From: Planktothrix sp.
GTDB lineage: Bacteria > Cyanobacteriota > Cyanobacteriia > Cyanobacteriales > Microcoleaceae
Length of the DNA stretch: 64,000 nucleotides
Assembly: GCA_044238405.1 (NCBI GenBank)
Contig: JBIIDK010000001.1
Coordinates: 6,114-70,113, forward strand
Direction of reading: 5' to 3'
A program made the position numbers and the translations under genes. Position 1 is the first letter of the stretch, and each line of letters opens with the position of its first letter. Below, one piece after another: positions 10,407-22,077 of this stretch. A model generated the notes under the pieces. It was not told the origin of the DNA. It ran no database searches and worked only from the letters and a program-made list of their open reading frames with translations.

Positions 10407-11503
10407 TACATTAATTGGATTAAATCTTTTTGAGTTTGATCGAAAAAGCCAGAAGGCCATTGATTAATTCGTCCATTTTTATCTATTTTAGGCGATACTA
10501 CTTCTGTAATTAATTGTCCATCCTCCTCTATCCGTTGAAAGTAATGTAACTGAACATCTTCCGGTTTAATTTTGCCATCATGAACTGCAAGGCGAATTCC
10601 ATTCAAAACATGATCGCTGTGGGTTTCTACAACAATTTGAACCCCACAACTTGCTGCAAGTGCTAACAGTTGACCCATTTGGGATTGTCCTTTAGGATGC
10701 AGATGAGATTCTGGATTTTCAACAAGAATTAAAGTTTCGGGTTCAGCAGCCAAAATAGCAACTAAAATAGGTAAAGTATATGTGACTCCAAAACCCACAT
10801 TAAATGGACTATAACCTCTACTTCCTTTAAAAAAATATTGAAGTGTTATACGCTGGGTTAGTAAGTTTTGTTCAGTTTTGATTGAAATTCCAGGGCTTAT
10901 TTCTCCCACCCAAGCATCAACTTGATCTTTTAAACTGAGTGATTTTGCTTTAGGATGACTTAATTTTTCATGGGGGATATCTTTATTTCCAAAAGTGTCT
11001 AAAAAATGAGTTGCATACTCTCCATTTATTCCAAGTTGTTTTTTTTGAATCACATCAAACTCTGACATTGGGTATGAGATTTGAGGCCCAATTCGTTCTG
11101 CTTTTAAGTAATGAAATTTTTTATCCTTAAAAATGCTAGATTTATAAATTTCAGGTTCAACTTTCTCTGATGCCACTTCTAAAACATTTAATTCTTTAGA
11201 AGAACTAAAGTTCCAAATTCCTTTCTGTTCATTTTCTAAATCTATTTCAAATCCAATTAATCCATTTTCTATATACTCAAAAAGTGCGTCTTTTCCTGTA
11301 CCAATATATACTTGTTCATCATTTAAAATTAAACCCTTGTTAGGAAGCAAGTCTCTCTGATATGAACGGCGTAACAGCATCAAAGCTTGTAATACTGAAG
11401 ATTTTCCTGTACTATTCAAACCTGATAATAAAGTCAAAGGTTTAAAAGAAATACTTTGATCTTCAAAAGGTTTGAAATTGATTAGCCGTAAATTTTCAAT
11501 CAT
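10406..11503 (-). CDS. ABC/SMC-type AAA ATPase with DUF3696 C-terminus (Menshen NsnB-like)
   Basis: SGLNSTGKSS Walker A, NVGFGVTY signature, VENPESHLHP Walker B, VETHSDH, IDKNGRINQWPSGFFDQ. Confidence 0.85.
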   Translation of the reverse strand: MIENLRLINFKPFEDQSISFKPLTLLSGLNSTGKSSVLQALMLLRRSYQRDLLPNKGLILNDEQVYIGTGKDALFEYIENGLIGFEIDLENEQKGIWNFSSSKELNVLEVASEKVEPEIYKSSIFKDKKFHYLKAERIGPQISYPMSEFDVIQKKQLGINGEYATHFLDTFGNKDIPHEKLSHPKAKSLSLKDQVDAWVGEISPGISIKTEQNLLTQRITLQYFFKGSRGYSPFNVGFGVTYTLPILVAILAAEPETLILVENPESHLHPKGQSQMGQLLALAASCGVQIVVETHSDHVLNGIRLAVHDGKIKPEDVQLHYFQRIEEDGQLITEVVSPKIDKNGRINQWPSGFFDQTQKDLIQLM

Positions 11504-12582
11504 TACAACACTTCCTTAATAATTGTTTCAATATGGGCTAAACGTTTTTTAACACTTTCTTTATTTCCTGTCTCTCTATAAATTGTAGCATCAAACTCAC
11601 CGTTTGTTTTTCTATTTAAAAGATTATAACATAAATCATCTTTGCGATGAATCAAGATTTTTATAGCATGATCATCTAATCGATCCAAGTTAACAGACCA
11701 AGCCTCAAATAGAGCTTTATTGATAGGATACCGTCTTTTCCGCTCAGGTGACTTGGGCTTACGAAAAGCTTCTCTACCTAATATATCATAAGCTGCATCC
11801 ATAGCGCGATTAAAACGCCATCTTAATGATTCAATTTCTTGCTCACTCATTTGGTTTATCTGAGCCATTTTGTCATTTAAAAAAACATCATAGTCTTTAA
11901 AATTATATTCAAAAGCATGACTATCAGCTAGAGCTAAAAAGCGCAAAATACATTCCTGATCTAACATTCTTTTATATTTTAAACTGTTACCTGTAGCGGT
12001 TTTAAAAGATTTTGAATTTGCTAGAGATTTTAATAAATCCGTCGCTTGACCTTGATTTTTAGCATAACGCATTTCCTGTGAAGACAAAGGAAAACCAACC
12101 CGATTAATTCGCTTATACAAGCTAAACATTACATCTTTAGATGTTCCTCTTAAGATTAAAAATATAGTTAATTCTGTTTCTCTAATTCGTCGCCTTAAAT
12201 AACCAGGAATATCGGAAGATTTGGCTCCATTAAGCTGTTCTAAAAATTCCAAATTTTTTAATTCCAAGGTTTCTTCTATTAAAAATTCTTTAAAAGTGGT
12301 TAACCGTTGTATTCCATCAATAACAAACCATTCTTCTTCATTTGTTGCATCAATATAAAACGGTGGAATTGGAAAAAGAATTAAAACAGATTCGATTAAT
12401 CTACTTTTAGCTACTTGAGTCCAAATTCCTTGATTTCTTTGAAACTCTGGAGCTAAATTCAGTTGATTATTTTCCAATCTCGTTAGAAGTTGCTGAACCG
12501 TCATGGGTCGAGTTGAAACACTAATAAAATCAGGATCAAAAAACTCTGAAATTGTTAGTTCATCGTCTGAGTTGAATAACAT
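11503..12582 (-). CDS. DUF262 (ParB/GmrSD-like) protein (Menshen NsnA-like)
   Basis: PEFQRNQGIW, SRLIESVL..FPIPPFY, VIDGIQRLTT motifs; stop overlaps the ATPase start. Confidence 0.85.
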   Translation of the reverse strand: MLFNSDDELTISEFFDPDFISVSTRPMTVQQLLTRLENNQLNLAPEFQRNQGIWTQVAKSRLIESVLILFPIPPFYIDATNEEEWFVIDGIQRLTTFKEFLIEETLELKNLEFLEQLNGAKSSDIPGYLRRRIRETELTIFLILRGTSKDVMFSLYKRINRVGFPLSSQEMRYAKNQGQATDLLKSLANSKSFKTATGNSLKYKRMLDQECILRFLALADSHAFEYNFKDYDVFLNDKMAQINQMSEQEIESLRWRFNRAMDAAYDILGREAFRKPKSPERKRRYPINKALFEAWSVNLDRLDDHAIKILIHRKDDLCYNLLNRKTNGEFDATIYRETGNKESVKKRLAHIETIIKEVL

Positions 12583-12590
12583 AATAATTA

Positions 12591-12758
12591 TTAGTAAAAA
12601 TTTTCAAATTCTAGGCAAAGTTCTATCGCCTCTTGAATCCTTGACCTAAGCTCATCAAGGGATTTTGCTTGTGTATGACAACCTTTCAAACTAGGAACTG
12701 AAGCCACAAAATAACCATCAGAATCTTTCTCAATCAGTACATTAAATTCTTTAATCAT
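12591..12758 (-). CDS. Short HicB-like antitoxin, copy 2 (55 aa; absent from ORF track)
   Basis: Translated by hand: MIKEFNVLIEKDSDGYFVASVPSLKGCHTQAKSLDELRSRIQEAIELCLEFENFY; AGAGG upstream. Confidence 0.85.
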   Translation of the reverse strand: MIKEFNVLIEKDSDGYFVASVPSLKGCHTQAKSLDELRSRIQEAIELCLEFENFY

Positions 12759-12841
12759 TTTCTAACCTCTAGTAAACCAAAATAGGAGCAAGCCTGATCT
12801 TGCCCCTATCATCATAGATTTATTTTAGCTAATTTCGTCAA

Positions 12842-14260
<1,419 letters not shown>

Positions 14261-14367
14261 TTAATCGAATGTTTTCTAACTAAAATTAGACAAAAGTACC
14301 CCTGACTTAGAATCCAATGGATTCAAAGTCTAAGCTCGATTAAGAATTAGGGAACTAAGCGGGGAAA

Positions 14368-15825
14368 TTATTTGAAATCCGACAGAGAAATTTCATCATC
14401 ATCTGAAGAACCTGTTAATCCGTCGATATCAATATCGTCCATGTCTCCAGTTGTTAAATCACCCATATCGTCGAGATTAAAATCCCCTAAATCATCGGAT
14501 GAAAAATCATCATCCCCTAATCCTAAATCGTCTAAATTATCCCCAATATCGAGATCGAGTCCATCGGAAGAATTATCTTCTAACCCGAAATCACCCAGAT
14601 TATCATCCAGATCCGAATCTGTATCTGTTGAGTCCAACCCTCCTAGATCATCGGAACCCAAATCATCCGCTTCTAAATCTAAATTAATATCCCCATCCAG
14701 GTCATCAGCGGCTAGAACTTCTGACCCTAACCCTAGATCGTCGAGAGCATCAGCGTCCAGGTCATCGGAGGACTCTAAACCAAAATCAATATCATTGCTG
14801 GATTCTGTCTCTTCGCCGGGTTGTGTGTGAACCTCATCCTCCCAGACATCAGATTCGGTATCAATTTCTAATCCGCCTGATTCTGCTTCGACATCTAAGC
14901 CCATATCCAGGTCATCAGAACCCATCTCATCGGCATCTAAGCCCATATCCAGGTCATCAGAACCCATCTCATCGGCATCTAAGCCCATATCCAGGTCATC
15001 AGAACCCATCTCATCGACATCTAAGCCCATATCCAGGTCATCAGAACCTATCTCATCGACATCTAAGCCCATATCCAGGTCATCGACATCTGCCGATTCT
15101 GATTCATCATCCCACCCTAGATCCAGGTCTTCCTCGGCTACGTCAGTCGCCTCTGTGTCGATATCTAAACTGAGATCCCCATCGAGATCATCGGCCATAT
15201 CACCTGTCTCGACCTCCATGTCCAAATCATCGTCCATTGATATTTCATCAATGGTGATTTCTTCTTCGTCGAGATCAAGTGGCGCGGAGTCCTCAAGGAT
15301 ATCTGGAATCACCGCAGCCCCTCCGACAACAGCAGCAGTAGCAGCAGCAGCGACGGCCATAGCTGCAACATTGGGTTGTTGTACAGCCACGTCTTCGGGT
15401 ACAACGGGAGGATGATATCCAGGGACAGCCTGAGTTGCAGTGGGTTGTACTTCCGGGGTGGGATGATAACCGGGGGTAGCAGAAACCGGAGTCACAACTT
15501 GATAAGCTGGAGCAACTGCCGTTGCAGGTTGGTCTGGGGTAGACCTAAAGCCCAATGCTATATCGGGGTCGAAATTGAGTCCTAAAACATCAATCAGTTT
15601 TTCGGGGTCTGGATTGAGTTTAGAAAAAGGCAACATCAGTTGGGCTGCCTCTGGGTCAAGGGCGTTGATCGTTCCCAAAATGAGGGAGGAGGCAGGTCTT
15701 CGACCCCCGTCTGGGGTCGGTATTGAATTCAAATCCATTTGCAGTACCAGCCACTCTCGATTGGCTTGGTAATATTGCAACCACTTATCTTTAAGCGCGG
15801 TGGTAAAGTCTTTGAAGAAAGCCAT
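14368..15825 (-). CDS. DUF5331-like protein with very long acidic low-complexity tail
   Basis: N-terminal LKDKWLQYYQANREWL..TPDGGRRP..LGLNFDPD; position between chlL and chlN; D/L/G/E-rich C-terminus. Confidence 0.75.
   Translation of the reverse strand: MAFFKDFTTALKDKWLQYYQANREWLVLQMDLNSIPTPDGGRRPASSLILGTINALDPEAAQLMLPFSKLNPDPEKLIDVLGLNFDPDIALGFRSTPDQPATAVAPAYQVVTPVSATPGYHPTPEVQPTATQAVPGYHPPVVPEDVAVQQPNVAAMAVAAAATAAVVGGAAVIPDILEDSAPLDLDEEEITIDEISMDDDLDMEVETGDMADDLDGDLSLDIDTEATDVAEEDLDLGWDDESESADVDDLDMGLDVDEIGSDDLDMGLDVDEMGSDDLDMGLDADEMGSDDLDMGLDADEMGSDDLDMGLDVEAESGGLEIDTESDVWEDEVHTQPGEETESSNDIDFGLESSDDLDADALDDLGLGSEVLAADDLDGDINLDLEADDLGSDDLGGLDSTDTDSDLDDNLGDFGLEDNSSDGLDLDIGDNLDDLGLGDDDFSSDDLGDFNLDDMGDLTTGDMDDIDIDGLTGSSDDDEISLSDFK
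14892..15084. repeat. 42-bp coding tandem repeat, ~4.6 copies (SDDLDMGLD[V/A]DEMG)
   Basis: Unit catctaagcccatatccaggtcatcagaacccatctcatcg(g/a) starting at 14892, 14934, 14976, 15018, 15060. Confidence 0.95.
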
Positions 15826-15861
15826 AACCTCTATATCCTCATCCTGAGATAGCTAGACATA

Positions 15862-16728
15862 TTAAACCATCATCAGGTCTAGCTCATCTTGCTGACTTTG
15901 AACAAGGGGTTGAGTCGGATTGAGGTAAAAGTCGGATAACAATGAGAATAATTCCCGATCTGGGGCATCTTGGGGAACCACTCCTTCTGGTTGGGACAGG
16001 AGTTGATCGGCAATATTCAAATAATAATCACAGACGTAGTTGAGAGATGGATCACTTTCAGCCATCTCAAACAATGTTTTTCCTTTAACACGAGACACCC
16101 GAATGTCCTCAATTAAGGGTAACACTTCTAAGACAGGCATGGGAACCGATTCGATATATTTTTCAATTAAATCCCGTTTGGCGGTGCGGTTGCCGATTAG
16201 TCCGGCTAATCGTAAAGGATGGGTGCGGGCTTTTTCCCGAACTGACGCGGCGATGCGGTTGGCTGCAAATAAGGCATCAAAGCCGTTATCGGTGACAATC
16301 ACGCAATAGTCGGCATAGTTGAGGGGTGCTGCAAACCCCCCACAAACCACGTCTCCTAAGACATCAAATAAAATCACATCGTATTCGTCAAAGGCGTTAA
16401 GTTCTTTGAGCAGTTTAACGGTTTCTCCCACAACGTAACCGCCACATCCCGCCCCGGCTGGAGGGCCACCTGCTTCGACGCAATCAACACCCCCATAACC
16501 TTTATAAATCACATCTTCTGGCCAGATATCTTCGTAGTGATAGTCTTTTTCTTGCAAAGTGTCAATAATGGTGGGAATTAAAAATCCGGTCAGGGTAAAG
16601 GTACTGTCGTGTTTGGGATCGCAGCCAATTTGCAGAACTTTTTTACCCCGTTTCGCTAAAGCCGCAGAAATATTACAGCTTGTGGTTGATTTACCAATTC
16701 CGCCTTTACCGTAGACTGCTAGTTTCAC
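15862..16728 (-). CDS. chlL: Light-independent protochlorophyllide reductase iron-sulfur ATP-binding subunit L
   Basis: [47 protein letters not shown]. Confidence 0.98.
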   Translation of the reverse strand: MKLAVYGKGGIGKSTTSCNISAALAKRGKKVLQIGCDPKHDSTFTLTGFLIPTIIDTLQEKDYHYEDIWPEDVIYKGYGGVDCVEAGGPPAGAGCGGYVVGETVKLLKELNAFDEYDVILFDVLGDVVCGGFAAPLNYADYCVIVTDNGFDALFAANRIAASVREKARTHPLRLAGLIGNRTAKRDLIEKYIESVPMPVLEVLPLIEDIRVSRVKGKTLFEMAESDPSLNYVCDYYLNIADQLLSQPEGVVPQDAPDRELFSLLSDFYLNPTQPLVQSQQDELDLMMV

Positions 16729-17241
16729 GCTGACATCTCCTTATCGGTTTTTATTAAAAACGGTTGACTGTTGACTGCTAGAGCAGTAGGTCTTTTGGTT
16801 TGATACAGCCATTATTGACATAACTGCCCCAGAAAATAAAGGGCTTAATTTAATAAATAGGGCTATAAATTAAAGCTTTAAGACTCAAAAAAACAATATT
16901 CTAATTTTATTAGACTAGAATAAGCTTCACAATTTTTATTAATTAAATTTAAAATTTTAAATAAACTTTTTTATAAAAATAGTTACAATAAACAAAAAAT
17001 TAAAGCTAGAGGTTTATCAACTCGACCAATAGTAACCCCCAGGATCACCCTTGACCGTAGATGTTTAGGAATTTGGACAAAGGGTTTCCCTGGGTAAAAT
17101 TTTGATGAATATTAAATCTTTCCTATGGAATTCAATCATTATTTCTAAAAAAAGCTAAGTATTTTTACTGATGATTTTCAGCAAAAACCATCGAAAATCC
17201 CTGTTTCAAAACTCACCCTGTTAAATGTTAATTTTTACAAA

Positions 17242-19113
17242 TTAAGGGGTATAAGTCACACTAAAATAAATCCCATCATCTTGAAGATTATTGCCTCGAT
17301 CATCGATACTAATCAGGGGAAGACCATAATCAACACGGAGATTTAAGCCGGAAACGGGTTGCCAAAGAATACCTAATCCAGCACCCGCTAAAAAGGTTTT
17401 GCCAATAATACGATTAGGGTTGCCGTTATTGTTCCAAACCGTGCCAAAATCAATAAAGGGAGCCAGTTGAAACACAGGTTCAGAGTCTTGATTGCGATCA
17501 AGGGTAATGCGATCTTCCAGGGAAATCCGAAACCCATTATCGCCAGCGCGGACGTTTTGACGATATCCTCGCAGGGATAAAGCCCCTCCGATGACAAATT
17601 GTTGAGCCGGAAATAGAGAATCAGCCGATAATTGAATATCTCCTTGGGCAATTAATAGATTATCTTCCCCTAAACGTTGTACCCGTTGGACTTGACCCAA
17701 CCAACTGAAAAAAGAAGCATTGGGTGTACTGACGTCTGTAGCCCCTAGAATATCTAAACCGAGGTTAAATTGCGATCGCAAGGCCCAAGCTCCTTCTGCA
17801 TCACGAATTACATAATCCTGTCCAAATTTCAAGACGCTGGTGCGCGTATAGCCGTTACTATCTGGCCCTTGGGCAAAAGGTTCTCCGTCCTCATCTACAA
17901 GAGTTTGACTGTCTTGATAGGCAAAGCCAACGGATAAAGCCAGTTCAGCGATGGGGTTACGAACAATAGGTTGACGATAACTAATTTCATAGCGTTGAGA
18001 TTTCCCTTCAATATTCAACGCATCAAAGGGATCTTGAGTAATGCGATTTTGGTAAGGTTGGACTCGCAGTTGTAAAGTTCCGTTCATGGGGTTAATCGGA
18101 ATACTATACAACGCATCGATAATATCCGACTCCCCATCCGCAATTAAGCGAGTGGTATTGTAGGACAGTCCGAGAAAGTCTCCCCGACCCGTGAGGTTAA
18201 GATGGCGGACACTCATTCCCATGCGTTCTGAACCGATACTGGGGGGGGAATAGTTATCGACATTTAAACTCACCCCAAAGGGAGGTGCTTCTACCACCCG
18301 GACAATTAAAATACTTTGACCTTCTTGGGTTCCAGCCCTTAAACTGGCTTCTATACTTTCAAATAAGGGGTTAATGCGTAAGAGTCGCAATTGATCTTCT
18401 AAGGCGGCGGTACTGAGGGGTTTAGTGGCTCCTAAACGAATGCGACTGGTAATATAGGAGGGATGAAGGCGTTTTATCCCTTCAACTTCGATATTTTCTA
18501 AGGTTCCTTCTATGACCTGAATATTAACAATACCGTTGATGATGGTTTGTTCAGGGACAATTGCCCTAGAGGTAATGTAACCTCGTTCTAAATACAGGGC
18601 TGTAATTTTATCCGCCACTTCCCGTAATTGCGTTAAGGTGACAGAACGATTTTCCAGAGGGGTAATTAAGGTTTGAATTTCCTCTGAAGTCAGAATGGTA
18701 CTTCCTGTAACGTTAATAGTTTGAACCGGAATGGGAGTTTCATCCGTTGGGAGGGTAGGTGTTGGGGTGGGAGTGGGAGTCGGTTGTAACTCTGGAGTTT
18801 CGGGAGGTTCGGGTTTAGGGGGGATTGGCGGTCGAGGGATAAAGCGATCTCGATTGGGATCAGGTTGGGGAACTTGGGGAGGAATATTAAGGGGTTGATT
18901 TTGAGCTACTTTTAGAAAGTTGCGTTTGTTATTATTAAATGAGGTTAAAGTTGGAGATTCTTCCGAAAGACCGGGACGAGATAAGAGGGACAAAACCAGT
19001 AAGAGACTACTGGTAATCATCACTCTAAACTGACAAAAACGGATTAAATTTCCACTCCTACCCATAAATTCCTTACTTCTATCAGTTTTAAAAGCGAGAT
19101 TTTCCCGCCCCAA
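17242..19113 (-). CDS. ShlB/FhaC/HecB-family two-partner secretion outer-membrane transporter (TpsB)
   Basis: POTRA pattern ITALYLERGYITSRA, DNYSPPSIGSER, LRGYRQN, terminal aromatic FSVTYTP. Confidence 0.9.
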   Translation of the reverse strand: MGRENLAFKTDRSKEFMGRSGNLIRFCQFRVMITSSLLLVLSLLSRPGLSEESPTLTSFNNNKRNFLKVAQNQPLNIPPQVPQPDPNRDRFIPRPPIPPKPEPPETPELQPTPTPTPTPTLPTDETPIPVQTINVTGSTILTSEEIQTLITPLENRSVTLTQLREVADKITALYLERGYITSRAIVPEQTIINGIVNIQVIEGTLENIEVEGIKRLHPSYITSRIRLGATKPLSTAALEDQLRLLRINPLFESIEASLRAGTQEGQSILIVRVVEAPPFGVSLNVDNYSPPSIGSERMGMSVRHLNLTGRGDFLGLSYNTTRLIADGESDIIDALYSIPINPMNGTLQLRVQPYQNRITQDPFDALNIEGKSQRYEISYRQPIVRNPIAELALSVGFAYQDSQTLVDEDGEPFAQGPDSNGYTRTSVLKFGQDYVIRDAEGAWALRSQFNLGLDILGATDVSTPNASFFSWLGQVQRVQRLGEDNLLIAQGDIQLSADSLFPAQQFVIGGALSLRGYRQNVRAGDNGFRISLEDRITLDRNQDSEPVFQLAPFIDFGTVWNNNGNPNRIIGKTFLAGAGLGILWQPVSGLNLRVDYGLPLISIDDRGNNLQDDGIYFSVTYTP

Positions 19114-19167
19114 CTTATATAAAATCCCATTTTAGATGCTACAGATACTTCTTTAACTGATTTCCAA

Positions 19168-20064
19168 TTAGGGATTGGTTTGAATTTTCAGAATTGGAGC
19201 ATCAAGAATCACTTGAGCTCGATTTTTTTCACGTTCCGTTTGTTTTTGAGTCGGATCAAATCCAATAGATTTTAACAGTGCGTTCCACTGATTTTGAATC
19301 GAAGATGCTTGAGATTTTTCTAATCTTAAGGTGGCTAAAGTGGCGATTGTTTCATACCAAAGCCCCTCTTGAGCATAGAGTTTCAAACGTTCTAATGGAT
19401 CTTGAACTCGTTGCAATTGAGTTTTTTGATCTGCACTTAAACCCACAGGATTAATCCAGCCAATGACGAGTTGATCTTTTGAAGGATCATTGAGATCGCA
19501 TTTAATGGTTAAATACCAAATATAATTTTTATTGTCTTCTAAACTGATAAAATCAGACTTAGGAGACCATTGAATTCCGACAATGCCTGGGCGATTAATA
19601 CTGAGGGGAAAGGTCGTTTTATAGAGGGATTTATCATTTTCATCTGTAATTTCAAATTCAGTGACCGTTTGATTCAATGTCCCTGGAATATAAAGAAAAA
19701 AAGCGGGTTGTTTTGAGGCTGTGCGTCCAAAGTTAGACTCTGGAATTAACGCCGTTATTGGACTGGGACAATCTGACCCGCGAGTTCCTCCGCCTTCGCG
19801 ACGTCCGGGTATACCCCGTTGAGGGGGGGTAAACCCATTCCAGTCCGTAAAGGGTGAATGAGTTGATGGGGAGGGTTGTCCCGGTTGTTGAGCTTTTTGT
19901 TCAGAGTCGGGAGTCACCGTCCTTTGTTCATCTCGCTTATCGGGAGGTGAAGAGGCTGAATGAGCTATGGGTAAAATCCAGTAATTACTCACAATCATAG
20001 GCAACAATAACGTTAAGGAAACTGTTGCACGGTGGACGAAAAACATTGGCCTAGCCATAATCAA
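19168..20064 (-). CDS. DUF928 domain protein
   Basis: PGRREGGGTRGSDC, TASKQPAFFLYIP, YAQEGLWYETIATL, QWNALLKSIG. Confidence 0.85.
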   Translation of the reverse strand: MIMARPMFFVHRATVSLTLLLPMIVSNYWILPIAHSASSPPDKRDEQRTVTPDSEQKAQQPGQPSPSTHSPFTDWNGFTPPQRGIPGRREGGGTRGSDCPSPITALIPESNFGRTASKQPAFFLYIPGTLNQTVTEFEITDENDKSLYKTTFPLSINRPGIVGIQWSPKSDFISLEDNKNYIWYLTIKCDLNDPSKDQLVIGWINPVGLSADQKTQLQRVQDPLERLKLYAQEGLWYETIATLATLRLEKSQASSIQNQWNALLKSIGFDPTQKQTEREKNRAQVILDAPILKIQTNP

Positions 20065-20261
20065 TCAAGCTCACCGATCAGCAGAGTAGCATTTCTTGAC
20101 AGAACTATTGTATCCAATGTTCCTGCGAAATTTGTCAAAATCTGTGCTTAATCTTAAATGTTTGAGTCACAATCAGACTTTAGGGGAATTTTGGCTTTGT
20201 CCTTGATCTTAAATCTGAAGTTTGGCATCATTCACGGATTGAATATTTTCGTTTCATCATC

Positions 20262-21965
20262 ATGATAATTTCTATGAATCTTAATTCACCAAATCTGGGA
20301 AAAAATACTCATTTTAAACCTCGGACAATTCGACCGATGGGAGTTTCTGCTTTATATGGTTTAGTTGGGGTCGGGGATTCTCTACTGGCTGTTGATACCT
20401 TAAGGGGATTTTTACTAAAAATTGACCCGAAAACGGATAATGCAACGGTCGTTAATCCTGATTTGACTTTATCATTTAGAGATGTTACGGGTTTAGCAAT
20501 TTGGGATGATACCCTTTGGTTTACTCGTGGGAGTGAAGTGTACATTTGTCCCCAGGCTATTCAAGGGAATTCTATTGTTAATCTTGAACCTCAATTGTTT
20601 ATTGATTTGCCTGATAATGTTACTGGAATTGCCGTTTGGGAATCTACGCTTTATTTAGCTTGCGATCGCATTGGATCAATTTTAGTTTATAATCAAACAA
20701 CTCGACAGGAAATTACTCGCTTTCATTCCCCTGGAATTGGAGTTGAAAACCTCACAATTAAACAAGAAGAATTATGGGTTTGTGATCGAGAAGAACAAAC
20801 GGTTTATTGTTTAGAACGGGGAACGGGGGAAACTCGATTTAGTGTACTAACGCCCTTTGAATCTCCGAGTGGATTAACGTTTTATACCGATGTTGAAACG
20901 GGGGAGGAAGTGCTTTATGTTGCCTATGCAGGGGATGAACTTTATATTCGAGATAATCCCAATTCCTATGAACAGTTTGAGTTAGCAAAACGCGATCGCA
21001 CTTTTATCCATCCTCTCTATTTCCACTATCATGAATCTGAGCATTATGCCACCTCTAATGGTTATTTAATTGAAATGTCTTATGTGGAAGAATTAGAACC
21101 TTTAGATGCGGTTTACATTGACGATTTAGAATGGCGAATTGCATTACCTTCTAATACCAAACGACAGAAAGTTTTAGAGATTTCTCCGATTGGATTACCG
21201 TTTCGAGAAGAAGTCGAAGACGGGGAAAAAGTCGCAGTTTTTAGGTTTAATCCTTTAACCTCCAGAGAACGTTTAATTTTTGGTTGGAAAGCGTTACTGG
21301 AAGTTCGCAGTATTAAATATCAAATTATTCCTCGTCAGGTAGAAAATATTCCGGCGTTGTCACCGGATTTCCCCGAAAAATATTTAGTAGATGATGGGAA
21401 TTTAGCGATGAATACGTCAATTGTGAAAGATGCGGCACAAGCTGCTATTCGCAATGAAACCAATTTTCTCCGACAACTTTTAAGTATCCGAAATTATGTT
21501 TATGATCAGTTATCTTATAGTCTGACTTCTAAGATTGAAAATCCTGATGTTGTTTTGAAGCGAGGAATTGGTTCCTGTGGAGAATATGTGGGGGTTTTAT
21601 TAGCATTAGCACGATTAAATGGAATTGCTTGTCGAACCATTGGACGCTATAAATGTCCGCAATTTGCTGACCGTCGAGGCGTTCCTTTAGAACCTGAATA
21701 TAATCATGTTTGGTTGGAATTTTATATTCCGGGTTTCGGTTGGGTTCCGATGGAATCTAACCCGGATGATATTCAAGAAGGGGGCCCCTATCCGTTACGC
21801 TTTTTTATGGGATTAGCTTGGTATCATATTGAAATTGGGAAAGGAATTCGCTTTCAACGATTAACGAATCAAGGAGTTGATGTTGACCGAGAAAAAGTTT
21901 CTGTAGGAACCTTAGCAATTAATCACGTTCGGTTTACCATTTTAGATGAATTACCTGCTATTTAA
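20262..21965 (+). CDS. Transglutaminase-like protein with N-terminal beta-propeller
   Basis: GSCGEYVGV (Cys), NHVWLEFYIPGFGWVPME (His/acid); repeated TG(L/I)A(I/V)W propeller blades. Confidence 0.85.
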   Translation: MIISMNLNSPNLGKNTHFKPRTIRPMGVSALYGLVGVGDSLLAVDTLRGFLLKIDPKTDNATVVNPDLTLSFRDVTGLAIWDDTLWFTRGSEVYICPQAIQGNSIVNLEPQLFIDLPDNVTGIAVWESTLYLACDRIGSILVYNQTTRQEITRFHSPGIGVENLTIKQEELWVCDREEQTVYCLERGTGETRFSVLTPFESPSGLTFYTDVETGEEVLYVAYAGDELYIRDNPNSYEQFELAKRDRTFIHPLYFHYHESEHYATSNGYLIEMSYVEELEPLDAVYIDDLEWRIALPSNTKRQKVLEISPIGLPFREEVEDGEKVAVFRFNPLTSRERLIFGWKALLEVRSIKYQIIPRQVENIPALSPDFPEKYLVDDGNLAMNTSIVKDAAQAAIRNETNFLRQLLSIRNYVYDQLSYSLTSKIENPDVVLKRGIGSCGEYVGVLLALARLNGIACRTIGRYKCPQFADRRGVPLEPEYNHVWLEFYIPGFGWVPMESNPDDIQEGGPYPLRFFMGLAWYHIEIGKGIRFQRLTNQGVDVDREKVSVGTLAINHVRFTILDELPAI

Positions 21966-22077
21966 ACGGGTGAAAAACCGTTTCTGAGTCGTTGGATAGG
22001 TAACAATCAATGAATGGATGTTATCTATCCGACATTTTCAATTAAAATAAATATAAAACTGTTTTTTGAATCGACCT

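Noticed and set aside
14892-15084. 42-bp repeats as a possible CRISPR array
   Set aside because: Units are head-to-tail with no unique spacers, are in-frame coding, and no cas genes are present
14372-15772. Several + strand ORFs (152, 62, 116, 86 aa etc.) opposite the acidic DUF5331 gene
   Set aside because: Antisense shadows of a low-complexity, repeat-containing CDS; Ser/Pro/His-biased translations with no motifs
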